Assembly (NCBI GenBank): GCA_951406725.2
Contig: OX597839.1
Span: forward strand, 19,716,001-19,780,000
Source of the DNA: Octopus vulgaris
Taxonomy: Eukaryota
Length of the DNA stretch: 64,000 nt
Reading direction: 5' to 3'
Part shown: piece after piece, positions 26,921 through 41,599 of the stretch
Layout: each line of letters begins with the position of its first letter
Numbering within the stretch: position 1 is the first letter of the stretch
The notes under the pieces: generated by a model
Told to the model about the DNA's origin: nothing
Databases searched by the model: none
Seen by the model: only the letters and a program-made list of their open reading frames with translations
Made by a program: the position numbers and the translations under genes

Positions 26921-27992
26921 ACTATAGTGACAGTATTGCAAGACCATAGTGGTGGGTGATGTTTATAGTGATGATGGTAGAGTTAATAGTGTTTGTAGTG
27001 GTAATCTTGTTGTAGCGATGTTCAGCCTTGTCCTGATCGATTTATACACACTATACTTCACTTTACCCGCTTCAATCATTGGACTATAACAATGTTGAGG
27101 CATTTCTTTGCAGAATTTTGTTGGTTAAGTCGTCTTCCAGTCCTACTTTATCTTAACCTGGCACTTAGCACTTAAACTAACCGAGACATCTTACCGAACT
27201 TCAAGATGATAGGAACGCAGCAGCGGTTGCCAAACTGTCTCACACATACACACACAAAAATACATACACACACACAGGCATGGTATCATGTATGTGAACA
27301 GTTTGTAAACGTGTAGTTAGTAGAGAGAATTAATAGCTATTTATATAGGCAAAGAATAAACGAATATTCGAGAAAAATAGGACTCGTGATTGTTAAAGTA
27401 CGGACTTGACAATATCCTTTCATAGTTAATATGCTCGTTTTTATAGTCGTCAGCCATTGCCCTCTTACAAGTTGGTAATCGGCGATGCCATTATTTGCAA
27501 ATAATGATCTTATATATACAAAATAAAACTGCTTGTAATCAGTTCAAAGGTCCGATGTAGTAGTCCTATGTAGTAAACAGAACATTCGCACACAAATTTA
27601 AGTGTACGTAAAAACATACATACACAAACTCATGAGCACATACTTATCGGGAGAGTTAGTGTGTGTGTGTGTGTCTGAGAGAGAGAGATATAGAGACAGA
27701 CAGACAGAGACTGGTATATTAATGTGAACCAGCCAACGATGACCTTATATATCCATAATTGATGCACTACAGCATTTTAAGGTATGTCATACAGTTGGAA
27801 ACGTACGTAACTAACTAAATCACGGACATATCTCTGCTGGGTTATCTACTCATATATTTATATATGCATATTTGCATGTATACCTACATATCTATTTATC
27901 TATCTATATATCTATATAACTTTTAAGAAATCAAAACGAAAAGAGGAATAGAAGAAATGAAGTTCAAAATGAGCAGAGATTATATTAGATTA

Positions 27993-28210
27993 CTCTCTTT
28001 CTCTTTTACTCTTTTACTTGTTTCAGTCATTTGACTGCGGCCATGCTGGAGCACCACCTTTTAGTAGAGCAAATCGACCCCGGGACTTATTCTTTGTAAG
28101 CCCAGCACTTATTCTATCGGTCTCTTTTGCCGAACCGCTAAGTGACGGGGATGTAAACACACCAGCATCGGTTGTCAAGCAATGCTAGGGGGACAAACAC
28201 AGACACACAA

Positions 28211-28241
<31 letters not shown>

Positions 28242-28414
28242 CATATATACGACGGGCTTCTTTTCAGTTTCCGTCTACCAAATCCACTCACAAGGCATTG
28301 GTCGGCCCGGGGCTATAGCAGAAGACACTTGCCCAAGATGCCACGCAGTGGGACTGAACCCGGAACCATGTGGTTCGTTAGCAAGCTATTTACCACACAG
28401 CCACTCCTGCGCCT
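27993..28414 (-). mobile_element. full-length family K SINE
   Basis: colinear reverse complement of 46326-46760. Confidence 0.9.
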
Positions 28415-28902
28415 ATGATTAGACTATAATATTATAAATTATATGGAAACACTTGACCGGTTTCACATTAAGTTTTCATAAAGTATACTGTTAGGAGTTG
28501 TGTAGCAAACTGTCTATTCTAGCCGTCTTCATAAAAACAGTTTGGTCAACGTTCATGTATTACGCTTATGTGACAGTCGTACGAGAAGATCACATAAAAG
28601 TTCTTTTCCATCGAATATGCCAGACGAGAGTCAGAAAAGAGAGATATGAACAAGCGATATAATAAATGCTTACATGTAAGTGTTATCAATTAGTGATACT
28701 TCCCTCCCACAGAACATGTTAAAACATATCCCTCCTTTGTTAACAAGGTGTGGGAGAAGTAAGTTAACGAAGTGTGGAGTAAATGAGATGAGTTGGCAGA
28801 GAGTACACTGGAAACATTTTCATCGAGATAACTATATGCAATCGCGTGTCTGCGCATGCGAACTCTAATGTGTATATATACATTATATATATATATATGT
28901 GA

Positions 28903-28943
<41 letters not shown>

Positions 28944-29396
28944 GGCTATATTCATAATTGTTTGTATATTTGTTATATATATGTTACATATGTACGTGTG
29001 AGAGTCCGTATATATATACATATATACGTATGGTTGTGTTTTCTTTTCTTTCTTCGCTATATAGAACACACAAGCAGAACATAGTCAACTGCGTACAAAT
29101 CTAATTATATAATCTTATCTGTTTGTTCCTGTTTACACATAGGAAAGCATTGCACCACAGATTTCGTGTCTGTTTCGGAATTGGTATACATAAACACATT
29201 GGTTTGTATCTGTCTGTCTGTCTATTTATCTGTCTATATTTATTAATGACTATCTCTATCTGTCTAAATACACACAACACATTATATATGTATGTAAATA
29301 TATTATACACACACGTATGCATTTATACATATATAGATACATACTGACATACTAAGACAAACACACCAATACATACACTCACACGAACACACACCC

Positions 29397-29441
<45 letters not shown>

Positions 29442-29760
29442 CTCTCATACATATATATGCATGTATTACTATGCTTTATATGTGCGTGCAGTTTATACTT
29501 ACGCACGTGTAAATTATAAACATGGAAATATATATCTATATCTATATATGAATATACAATATATATATACATCATTATATATACATATATACACATATAC
29601 ATATGTATATATATGTTTATATAAGTATATATAACGTAATATTTAATAATACATATATAATATACATGTTATATAAATATATAAATATATATGTATATAC
29701 ATATATATATATATCGATATACACACACGTATATATTTATACCTATATGCCAACACGCAC

Positions 29761-29794
<34 letters not shown>

Positions 29795-30095
29795 GTAGGT
29801 ATACATGTACATATATTCCACGTTTACTCCAAATCGAATATTGCATTTATTGTATTGTGCAGGTGCGTGTGATAAGCTTTTTCATTTCTCTATAATTGAT
29901 TGTTAATGATGTAGTGGTTACTTTTTGTTTTTGTTCTTTACTTATTCATACAGCTGCCTCTGATGATAATGACGATGATGATGATGACATTGGTGTTGAT
30001 GGAAACGATTGTATTTTGAAATGACAATAAAGGTGGCAAATGCGTGAATTCTAAAAGCTAAATGTTAAATGACGACGAAGTGCAGAAATAAATTG

Positions 30096-30149
<54 letters not shown>

Positions 30150-30251
30150 GCATATATATATATACATACATATATATATACACATACATATATATATACA
30201 TACATATATATATACATACATATATATATATATATATACATATATATATAC

Positions 30252-30285
<34 letters not shown>

Positions 30286-30747
30286 ACATACATATATATA
30301 TATACATACATATATATATATAAATACATATATATATATATACATACATATATATATATAAATACCTATGTATGTATGTATGTATGTATGTATGTATGTA
30401 TGTATGTATGTTTGTATGTAAAAGAGCGTGTCTGTATGTGCGTGTGTGTGTATTTCTATGTATACGTGTGTGGGTGTCTGGTGGTGAATATGTACGTTTG
30501 CGTATATTTATATATTGTTGGCATTCATAATTTTCTGTATTCTTCTCTCGGTGTAGACGCCGATAATAGATTCCTTGAATTCCTGGAACGTCTCTCAATT
30601 TGCATTCACCTATTCTTATTGCCATTGTGCGTATGTGTGTGCATACATACATACAAACAAACATACATACATACATGCATACATACATACATACATACAT
30701 ACATACATACATACATACATACATACATACATACATACATACATACC

Positions 30748-30779
<32 letters not shown>

Positions 30780-30991
30780 CAACATAATAGATACATATAT
30801 GTATACATGCATATATACATACATATATATTCATAGATAGAAGTATGTATGTATATACATATATGTATGTATATGTATATATATATATATATATATATAC
30901 ATATGTATAAACAAACATATGCACATATAAACATGTATTTTCGAATATACCATGTATATATCAGCAAACACGCATACATACATACATATTT

Positions 30992-31040
<49 letters not shown>

Positions 31041-31499
31041 AACACATATCTACATATATTTATATATTTATATCTTCCTTCTCACGCTTATTACTATGGA
31101 AAATCGTCTCATCTACATACATTTTTCTGAATATATATAACTACTGATAGATTGTTACATACAAGAATATTTATATATTTATAAACAGCCACAGAAGACA
31201 CTTGTTGCAATTCCGCAATAAATATTATATAATAAGTTCGTTTATGTCAATTCAACCTTTTTTTTTTTAGATATAGCTTAAAATAGTGTAGTATTGTCTG
31301 ATTTATAGAAACGTATAGAGGCGTAGCTATGTGGTAAGAAGATTGCTTCGCATGTGCATGCTTTGTGGTTCAGTCCCACCGTGTTGTACCTTGAGAAAGT
31401 GTCTGCTATAACCTCGGTGAGAGAAGCCCCTCCGCTGTATATGTATATATATATGTATGTGTGTGCGTGTGTGTGTGTGTATATATATATGTATATATA

Positions 31500-31690
31500 C
31501 AAAATGTGACGCGGGTGTACCGTTGGCGATTTTTTTCCCTCCGTCTTCCCTTTTCCTATGTTTCTGATGAAGAGTTCCGCTCGAAACGTAAAACCCTCCT
31601 TCTTTCTTTCCTCCTGAGCGTCCATTAATACTATATTTGTTCCACGTCCTCGCGTTGTTGTGTTTTCTCTTTGTGTTTTCATGCTTGGAT

Positions 31691-31694
<4 letters not shown>
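31500..31694 (+). mobile_element. about 195-bp Penelope-like mini-element in a (TA)n tract
   Basis: contains a hammerhead; 3' end TTGTGTTTTCATG.TTGGATTAACTAT shared with about 48775-48820. Confidence 0.65.
31560..31594 (+). ncRNA. type I minimal hammerhead ribozyme
   Basis: GTTT CTGATGA A GAGT-TCC-GCTC GAAA C GTA AAAC. Confidence 0.7.
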
Positions 31695-31780
<86 letters not shown>

Positions 31781-31787
31781 CATATAA

Positions 31788-31847
<60 letters not shown>

Positions 31848-31849
<2 letters not shown>

Positions 31850-32470
31850 TAGCAGTATCGCCCGGCGTTGCTCGGGTTTGTAAGGGAAATAACTATATAA
31901 GCATATAGCCAAAAAATAGCAAAAAATGCATTAAAAATGGAAAAAATATGATGGTAAATTTTTTTTAAAATCGTTGACTCATCGTAGACATTTTTAGAGA
32001 GTTACTTCCCTTATATAATAGCGAAAAAATGCATTAAAATGGAAAAAAAACGATGGTAAATTTTTTTTTAAATCGTAGACTCATGTAGACGCTTTCTTAG
32101 CCATTTCTGTATTGGTGTCTTCAAGCCATGAAGTCGTTCTAAAAGAACACTGGTCTCCTTGACAACGCATTACGACGTTGATTTCCTTACACTCCCTTCC
32201 CCACAGGTGCAGGTGTGAGCGTGGACGCCAACTCCGCCGCCATCGACACACGAAAAATTATGCATTAAAATGGAATAAAAAATGATGTTAAATTATTTTT
32301 AAAATCGTAGACTCATCATAGACGCGCGCTAATATTCAGATGGGCTCGATATGAATCACGACTATAAGCTACCCGAATTTGGTTAAACTGTACCGCAAAA
32401 TGTGGGAGTAGTTAGGAATCTAAATCGAAGGGGACAGACACTCACACAACTACAGTTTTATATATATAGA
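31848..32470 (+). mobile_element. non-autonomous Helitron/Helentron-like element with internal duplications
   Basis: 5' ACTAGCAGTATCGCCCGGCGTTGCTCGGG; 3' GACAGACA..TTTTATATATATAGAT. Confidence 0.7.
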
Positions 32471-32509
32471 TATACATAGCGCAGTAGTGGTGAGATATGA
32501 CAGCAAAGA

Positions 32510-32850
32510 AAAGCATACATTCACTCTCTGCATGCAATTAGACTCGGAAAGTTCGTGAGGAACCCATTGACCCAATTTGCTGACTTTTCCGATAGCACAC
32601 AGGTGTCAATGAATGGTTGAATGACCAAATCCAAGCTTCTCTGCTAGTTCCTCAACAGTTACGATGATATTTTGTTCCACCAGGGTTTTCAGGATGTCCT
32701 TGTCGAGTTCTACAGATCTTTCAGGATGAGGCTCGTCTTCTAGGCTGTAGTTTATGGCTCGGGATTTCTGGAACCACCATTGACACTGCCTTACGCTTAT
32801 TGTCCAATCCCCATATACTGCATTAATATTTCTTGTACTTTGCACACATT
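32510..32850 (-). mobile_element. mariner-family transposase N-terminal HTH fragment
   Basis: RNINAVYGDWTISVRQCQWWFQK..SLEDEP..ITVEELAEKLG..HSTIH-type motifs. Confidence 0.85.
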
Positions 32851-33170
32851 TATATTCTGTTATTCTTTTATATGTTTCAGCCTTGAGGTTGTGGCCATGC
32901 TGGATCATGTGTGTGTGTGTGTGTGTGTGTGTCTATCTGTCTGTCTGTCTGTATGTATATATGTATATGTATGTGTGTGAACAATAATATTTTCAACAGA
33001 TGTGTTGCAAATATATCTGATTGTTCTCAAGCTTCAATACTGTGTGTGTGTGTTTGTGTGTGTGTATGTATGTATGTATATGTATGTATGTATATGTATG
33101 TATGTATATGTATGTATGTATGTATGTGTGTATGTATGTATGTGTGTGTGTATGTATGTGTGTGTGTATG

Positions 33171-33209
<39 letters not shown>

Positions 33210-33774
33210 ATGTATGTATGTATGTATCTATGAGTGTATGTTTACTTTATTACTAATTACTCTCTTCCAAGAACATTTTCACTCACTCTTAGCTCTTAGC
33301 TTCCCATACATTTTACTCATGTGTCTATCAGCGTCATAGACAGAATACTTTCACTTTAGTCTTCCTCAAATCACTGTCGCTATTTACTTTCATTTTATTC
33401 ATTGCCCACTGTGTGTGTGCGTTTGCGTGTGGTGTAAACCAGACTAAGAAAAGCATTTGACACACACACCAGAATGTGAGTTTTCTGTAAATTTTGCTTA
33501 ATTGGAGTTTAAATTTTAAAAACTGGACCTGGCATGACGCGATGCATTGTACTCTCAAAAATGCCAGGTAAATTGTAATTGAAGAAATCCTATATTGTAG
33601 ATTTGTATAACTCCCAAAGGGAGGCAGATAAAATCTGCCTTTTATAATAAGAGATATACATATGATAGAGAGAAAGGATAGACAGATAGATAGACAGATA
33701 GACATGTCAACATATAGACATCTCGACAAATAGACATCTCGACAGATAGACATCTAGAACTTATCTGTAAATAT

Positions 33775-33930
33775 AATATGTGACAATTATTTGGTAACCA
33801 TGATAAAACTCCGAGTTTCGGATGTCGGGGCGGAAGTCCACGCCGGCATTTCTTCAGTTATCGGGCCATCGGAAAAAAGACATCCAAAACTCGGAGTTTC
33901 ATCATGACTACCTAATAATTGTCACATATT
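33775..33930. mobile_element. foldback element containing a minus-strand hammerhead motif (Penelope inverted-pLTR-like)
   Basis: arms 33775-33826 and 33879-33930; minus GATAA CTGAAGA..GAAA CTCGGAG TT TTATC. Confidence 0.6.
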
Positions 33931-34008
33931 AATCATATTCACAGATAAATTCCTCCATTTACATAATATCGAGGTCTCATTCTTTTTTTTGACTTGCCAT
34001 TTCTATGA

Positions 34009-34067
<59 letters not shown>

Positions 34068-34183
34068 TATATACATACTTTGACCTCGTCGATATTTCTG
34101 AATTATTACAATGAATCAATTCTACTTGATTAGCTATAATTGTTCTGAAGAATTACTTTGTAATTGATATGACTACATATATG

Positions 34184-34236
<53 letters not shown>

Positions 34237-34255
34237 ACATACATACATACATACA

Positions 34256-34325
<70 letters not shown>

Positions 34326-34723
34326 TGTATGTGCACTACCTGCTGGCTCACACATACCTGTCTGCTCATTTGAATGCCTATGCAATTGTATGCACGTGTA
34401 ATATATATATATATATATATATATATATGCTTGTGTGTATGTATGTATATATGTGTGTATAGACTCACACGAACACATACGCATCACAATTGTACAATGT
34501 ATATTGGTCTTCCTCTATCTATCTCTCTCTCTCTCTCTCTCTCTAACTTTGTTTATCTCTCTCTCCCCCCTCTCTCTCTCTCTCTCTCTTCCTCTCAATA
34601 GATATCTATCCACCTATCTATGTCTCCTTCTCAGTGCGTGAGTTTGTGTATGGATGTGTGTATTTATGATTAGAAATGTGTCTGAATGAAAATCTGTTCT
34701 ACAAAGAAAGAAGTGCGCGAAAC

Positions 34724-34772
<49 letters not shown>

Positions 34773-35138
34773 TAATAATAATAATAACAATAACAATGAC
34801 AATAATAATAATAATGATGATGATGATGAGAAGAAGAAGAAGAAGAAGAAGAAGAAGAAGAATGATGATGATGATGATGATGACGATGATGATGATGATG
34901 ATGATGATGATGACGATGATGCTAGAGGAGGGGTGATGTGGGTGGCGGTGGTGGTAGTGGTGCTGTTGGTGATGATGATGAAATGGAATAGGGGAAGCGG
35001 GGTAGAAGGAGAAACAGAAGCAAGTGAGTTGGAGTATCAGCAAGAACAGCAGTACCAGCAACAACAACAACAACAACAACAGCAGCAACAACACCGACGA
35101 AAAATGGCAATAATAACAAAATCAACGGATAAATAAAA

Positions 35139-35178
<40 letters not shown>

Positions 35179-35570
35179 GAAAATCTTGTGTAAGAAAAAA
35201 AAAATGTATTGAAAATGATGTTTTGTAACCTTTATGAGAGAAGCATTTTATAATTACAAGATGGCAGACGGTTTGAAGCGGAGAAAGTGTTTGGAGGGCA
35301 AGTATTCCGTGATGTGCAGAATGGCAGGTGGATGACTTTGTCAGAGATATTGCATCATCAGGTAGTTTCAGAATAGATGTCAGGTATTTCGGTTGACAAC
35401 ACACCTTTGTGTTTTATTTCCTGGGGTTTAAACAGACATGGTGGTGGTGGTGGTGGTGGGAGGAAGAGTAGGAGAAAGAGAAGAAGGTGGTGGAGAAAAA
35501 GAAGGGGAAGTAGAGAGAGCAGAGGAAAAAAAAGAACAATGGAATTATAACAATAGTGGTAGTAGTAGTC

Positions 35571-35624
<54 letters not shown>

Positions 35625-35687
35625 ATGGTGGTGGTGGTGGTGGTAGTAGTGCTGGTAGTGGTGGTGTTATCAGAATAGTGGTGGTGT

Positions 35688-35720
<33 letters not shown>

Positions 35721-35728
35721 CGGTTGTG

Positions 35729-35780
<52 letters not shown>

Positions 35781-36069
35781 AAGAAGAAAAAGTTTGATAA
35801 GTTACGTAGGACCGTATATCGCGAATAGTCTTATCTGGACGTACAACAAAAACACTAACAACAACAAAAACAAGGAATGAATGAATGAAATGAATGAATG
35901 AAGGAATGAATGAAGGAGGGAATGACTGGATAAATGAATATTGGCATAGAAGAAAGGATAGAATGAAATATATAGAATTCGGGAGTGAGTCTGGTTGTAT
36001 TGTATAATGAAGAGTAAGGAGTGGAGGGGAGGGAGTGGGTGGGTGGGGATTGAGAAAATGAGGACTAAT

Positions 36070-36540
36070 GAGTGTGTTTATGTGTGTGGGTAAAGACACA
36101 CGTCTGGATGTATGTGTGCGCGTGTGTGTGTGTGCGTATATGTGTATATGTGTGCGTGTATGTGTGTGCGTGCATGTATGCGTGCATATGTGTGCGTGTA
36201 TATGTGCGTGTATGCGTGTGTGTATATGCGCGTGTGTGTATATGCGTGTGTGTGTATGCGTGTGTGTGTGTGTGTGTGCATGTGTGTGTATGCGTGTGTG
36301 TGTATGCGTGTGTGTGTGTGTGTGCGTGTGTGTGTGTATGCGTGTGTGTGTATGCGTGTGTGTGTGTGTGCGCGTGTGTGTATATGCGTGTGTGTGTATG
36401 CGTGTGTGTGTGTATATGCGCGTGTATGTATATGCGTGTGTGTGTATGCGTGTGTGTGTGTGTGCGTGTGTGTGTGTATGCGTGTTTGTGTTTGTACATG
36501 TATGTGTGTGTACGTGTGTATTTGCATGTGCATGTGTGTG
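36070..36540. repeat. (GT)n/(GTGC/GTAT) degenerate array
   Basis: direct reading. Confidence 0.95.
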
Positions 36541-36714
36541 TTTGTGGATAGGATTTGGTCCTGTGTTTAGTGGAGAGATGAAATATTGGGTTTTGAGTTG
36601 GTTGGGGGTCATAAATGGAGCGGTTTGTTCATAATGCTTCGGCTGCTGCTGCTCATGATGATGATGATGATGATGATAAGGAGGAGGGGAAAATGTGATT
36701 GATGATGACAATGA

Positions 36715-37291
36715 TCTTTTCTACTCAAGGCACAAGGCCCAAAATTTTGGAGGAAGGGGTCCAGTCGATTTCATGGACCCCAGTACGTAACTTAATTTAT
36801 CGACCCCCGAAAGGATGAAAGGCAAAGTAGTCCCTCGGTGGAATTTGAATTCAGAATGTAAAGACAGACGAAATACCTATTTCTTTATTACCCACAAGGG
36901 GCAAAACATAGAGGGGACAAATAATGACAGACAAACGGATTAAGTCGATTTATCGACCCCAGTGCGTAACTGGTACTTAATTTATCGACCCCGAAAGGAT
37001 GAAAGGCAAAGTAGACCTCGGTGGAATTTGAATTCAGAATGTAAAGACAGACGAAATACTTATTTCTTTACTACCCACAAGGGGCTAAACATAGAGAGGA
37101 CAAACAAGGACAGAGAAACGGATCAAGTCGATTACATCGACCCCAGTGCGTAACTGGTACTTAATTTATCGACCCCGAAAGGATGAAAGGCAAAATGACC
37201 TCGGCGGAATTTGAACTCAGAACGTAACGGCAGACGAAATACGGCTACGCATTTCGCCCGGTGTGCTAACGTTTCTGCCAGCTCGCCGCCT
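36715..37291 (-). mobile_element. family M SINE trimer (head, tail A, tail A, tail B)
   Basis: junctions at about 37059 and 36876. Confidence 0.85.
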
Positions 37292-37889
37292 TGATGATGA
37301 CAATGATGATGATAATGACAATTACAATGATGATGATAATGATGGTGATGACAATGATGATGATGATAGTGGTGATGATGATGGTGGTGATGATGATCAT
37401 TATCATGATAGTGGTATGACGATCGTAATGCTGAAGATGATGATCGTGATGGTAATGGTGATGGTGATGATGATGATGATGACGGTGATGACATTCTTGA
37501 TAATGATGATACTGGTGATGTCGACAATACCGCTGCCACAGCTGCCACTTATGATGATGATAATGTGTCGACAGATGGAGCTGTTGTAGTTGCTTTTCTA
37601 ACTAATATCAAGCTGACCGATTATTATTCTGATCAAATCTCCATTCCAGCCATGGCCATGCCCTCTTTAACAATGTGCCGGCAACATTATCCATCAGGCC
37701 ATCTATGTATCACAGTTAATGAATATACACACTCGATAGGCCAGTTTCTTTAGTAACTGTTCCGATATAACATATCGTATGGATGCGATGCGTTAAAAAC
37801 ACAATATGTATATCAGATAGGGGCGAAAAATCCCCCCAGTAAAAAAGATAAACACCCAAACGGCTTCATCTACAAAAGCATATACGTAG

Positions 37890-37941
<52 letters not shown>

Positions 37942-38204
37942 CATGCATGCACATAAGTGCCAGAAATGTACGGGTGCCCCTTAAAAGCTTGCAGTTAAAG
38001 TTACCTGTATGTAAGCGTACCTGTTTCAAACATCTATGTATATAAGTAAGAAATTTGAAAATCTAAACGCGAAACCGGTCTTTCTTCTAAACTATTTAAT
38101 TGTAAGAAAAAATTTTATAATATTCTTCAGACATATTGACTTAAATATATATTCTTTAACCTTTTAAAACAAGCCTTCTGTAGTTTTTTCACTTTTTACT
38201 ATTT

Positions 38205-38264
<60 letters not shown>

Positions 38265-38997
38265 TTATACACATGTATATATCCATAGATACATACATAC
38301 ATATATATATATATATTATATATCTACATATATTATATACATCTATATATGCATAGATACATACATATATACATATATATATAAACACATATATAAACAC
38401 ACACACATACTAACATATATATGTCTGTATGTGTATATGTATGTATATATATATGGATGGGTGTGTGATTATATATTAGACACAGACATATATAGACAGA
38501 TATGAATACATGTTCACATACATACATAATATTCAATGTTTCACACAATTTAAACGGATGAGTAGCAGTTAATTATTTTCTCCTATAACTACTTACTAAT
38601 CAAACTACACGAGGAGAGAAAGAGAATTCCTTATTATTTCAAATATTGTAAATTTAAAAACGAGAAGTGTAAATCAGTTTAATGCAATTATTGATGGTAT
38701 CAACGGCGCCAGTAAAAGTGAATGTCTCATTAACTGAAATCGTTTAGACTTAATTTTTTCCAATAAAATGCAGTACATGCTTCAAAAACAATGAAGAACG
38801 AAGTCATATGATACCAATATGTACTCAGGTTTCCGTAATTTCTGGAAACGAAATCAGATCTACGAACTATTGATACTATAGTTTTGGTGCTCACATAATT
38901 TAGAATTTCTTGTCACATTTTGGCTATCATACTATCAAGCAATTCATTGTACTTCCTGATTTTTGTTTCTGTTGATTACGCATAGCAATGCATTTCA

Positions 38998-40777
38998 TTA
39001 TTTCTTTACAGCCCCCAAGGGGCTAAACACAGAGGGGACAAACAAGGACAGACAAAGGGCTTAAGTCGATATACATCGACCCCAGTGCGCAACTGGTACT
39101 TAATTTATCGACCCCGAAAGGATGAAAGGCAAAGTCGACCTCGGCAGAATTTGAACTCAGAACGTAAAGACAGACGAAATACCTATTTCTTTACTACCCA
39201 CAAGGGGCTAAACACAGAGGGGACAAACAAGGACAGACAAAGGGCTTAAGTTGATATACATCGACCCCAGTGCGCAACTGGTACTTAATTTATCGACCCC
39301 GAAAGGATGAAAGGCAAAGTCGACCTCGGCAGAATTTGAACTCAGAACGTAAAGACAGACGAAATACCTATTTCTTTACTACCCACAAGGGGCTAAACAC
39401 AGAGGGGACAAACAAGGACAGACAAAGGGCTTAAGTTGATATACATCGACCCCAGTGCGCAACTGGTACTTAATTTATCGACCCCGAAAGGATGAAAGGC
39501 AAAGTCGACCTCGGCAGAATTTGAACTCAGAACGTAAAGACAGACGAAATACCTATTTCTTTACTACCCTCAAGGGGCTAAACACAGAGGGGACAAACAA
39601 GGACAGACAAAGGGCTTAAGTCGATATACATCGACCCCAGTGCGCAACTGGTACTTAATTTATCGACCCCGAAAGGATGAAAGGCAAAGTCGACCTCGGC
39701 AGAATTTGAACTCAGAACGTAAAGACAGACGAAATACCTATTTCTTTACTACCCTCAAGGGCTAAACACAGAGGGGACAAACAAGGACAGACAAAGGGCT
39801 TAAGTCGATATACATCGACCCCAGTGCGCAACTGGTACTTAATTTATCGACCCCGAAAGGATGAAAGGCAAAGTCGACCTCGGCGGAATTTGAACTCAGA
39901 ACGTAAAGACAGACGAAATACCTATTTCTTTACTACCCTCAAGGGGCTAAACACAGAGGGGACAAACAAGGACAGACAAAGGGCTTAAGTCGATATACAT
40001 CGACCCCAGTGCGCAACTGGTACTTAATTTATCGACCCCGAAAGGATGAAAGGCAAAGTCGACCTCGGCGGAATTTGAACTCAGAACGTAAAGACAGACG
40101 AAATACCTATTTCTTTACTACCCTCAAGGGGCTAAACACAGAGGGGACAAACAAGGACAGACAAAGGGCTTAAGTCGATATACATCGATCCCAGTGCGTA
40201 ACTGGTATTTAATTTATTGACCCCGACCCCGAAAGGATGAAAGGCAAAGTCGACCTCGGCGGAATTTAAACTCAGAACGTAGCGGCAGACGAAATCCCTA
40301 CTTCTTTACTACCTACAAGGGGCTAAACACAAAGAGATAAACAAGGACAGACAAACGGATTAAGTCGATTATATCGACCCCAGTGTGTAACTGCTACTTA
40401 TTTAATCGACTCCGAAAGGATGAAAGGCAAAGTCGACCTCGGCAGAATAAAAAATGTGAAGTTTTAATTATTTTCTGAGATTTTACAAAAACAACAAAAA
40501 TAAGACACGAAATACCGCTAAGCGTTTCGCTCGGCGTGCTAACGTTTCTTATTTCTTTATTGCCCACAAGGGGCTACACATAGAGGGGTAAAAGAAGGAC
40601 AAAGGGATTAAGTTGATTATATCGTCCCCAGTGCGTTACTGATACTTAATCTATCGACCCCGAAAGGATGAAAGGCAAAGTCGACCTCGGCGTAAATTGA
40701 ACTAAGAACGTAAAGACAGACGAAATAGCGCTAAGCATTTCGCTCGGCGTATTAACGTTTCTGCCAGCTCGCCGCCT
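38998..40777 (-). repeat. tandem array of family M SINE bodies, 185-bp period, about 9 units
   Basis: AAGG(G)GCTAAACAC at 39017, 39202, 39387, 39572, 39757, 39941, 40126, 40317; full head at the 40777 end. Confidence 0.95.
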
Positions 40778-41380
40778 CAGAAATGCATTTCCATGCGTTC
40801 TCTGTCGGATTTATGACCAATAAAATGTTTGTGGACAGTGATTGATCAGATTTAATTCCGGCTTAATGCGCACAGCTTTAAGCAATCCGCAACGGCCATT
40901 TATAGAGAATGCTTCGAATTATTTTCTTCATATTGAAAATCAACTACGATGCTTAGTTAAATAATCATAGTCTGGGCGAAGATCTCCAGATCTTCACATC
41001 TGTTCCTTAACCCTTGCGAAGAGGTCAAAGATGCCCCTCATCATTTATACTGATTTGTCCCTTATACCTTAAATGCACACTCAAACATTGTGTTGTTTCG
41101 ATTGATTTTAAGTCAAGATCACACACTAAATATTTTATTACGATATAGAGTTTATATTTGACCTCAATCTCTGAACAAATAAGATCATGGCTTTTCCTAA
41201 CAGCTGATCAGATTTGAATAGTTAAACTCCAGAGCAAAATTAAGGCAACCACACCGGTTTCAACGAAACGGGATTCTTTATACTACAGAGTCTAAAATAT
41301 GATAATGTTGGGTTAATTTTTATAGAGATACAGTAATGCAATGTTATTTGTTTTAAAAAGAATGAACGTATCGCCATCAC

Positions 41381-41521
41381 CTCATCGATGTTAGTGGCTT
41401 TTCGTGGACCACTTAACAGATGATAGTCAACATATGCACCAGTTTCAATAAGGGTATCAACATTATGGCTTGTAGTTGTTACCGAGTATTCAACTTGAGC
41501 ACCTATCCGTTGAAATGTATA
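41381..41521 (-). CDS. candidate host exon (141 bp, phase 0-0), product unknown
   Basis: ttcgtctctgacttacAG acceptor; YTFQRIGAQVEYSVTTTSHNVDTLIETGAYVDYHLLSGPRKATNIDE; GAG/GTGATG donor; only one open frame. Confidence 0.4.
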
Positions 41522-41599
41522 CTGTAAGTCAGAGACGAACTGTCCGCGATAGCATTTCATGCGATAAAATTTAGCGTTTAGCTATAGTTTGTCTTTGAA

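Noticed and set aside
35261-35361. Plus-strand exon candidate GRRFEAEKVFGGQVFRDVQNGRW..
   Set aside because: Isolated, with alternative frames and acceptors and no supporting plus-strand exons.
38998-40777. CRISPR array or hammerhead retrozyme
   Set aside because: No unique spacers, a eukaryotic SINE unit, and no CTGANGA core on either strand of the unit.
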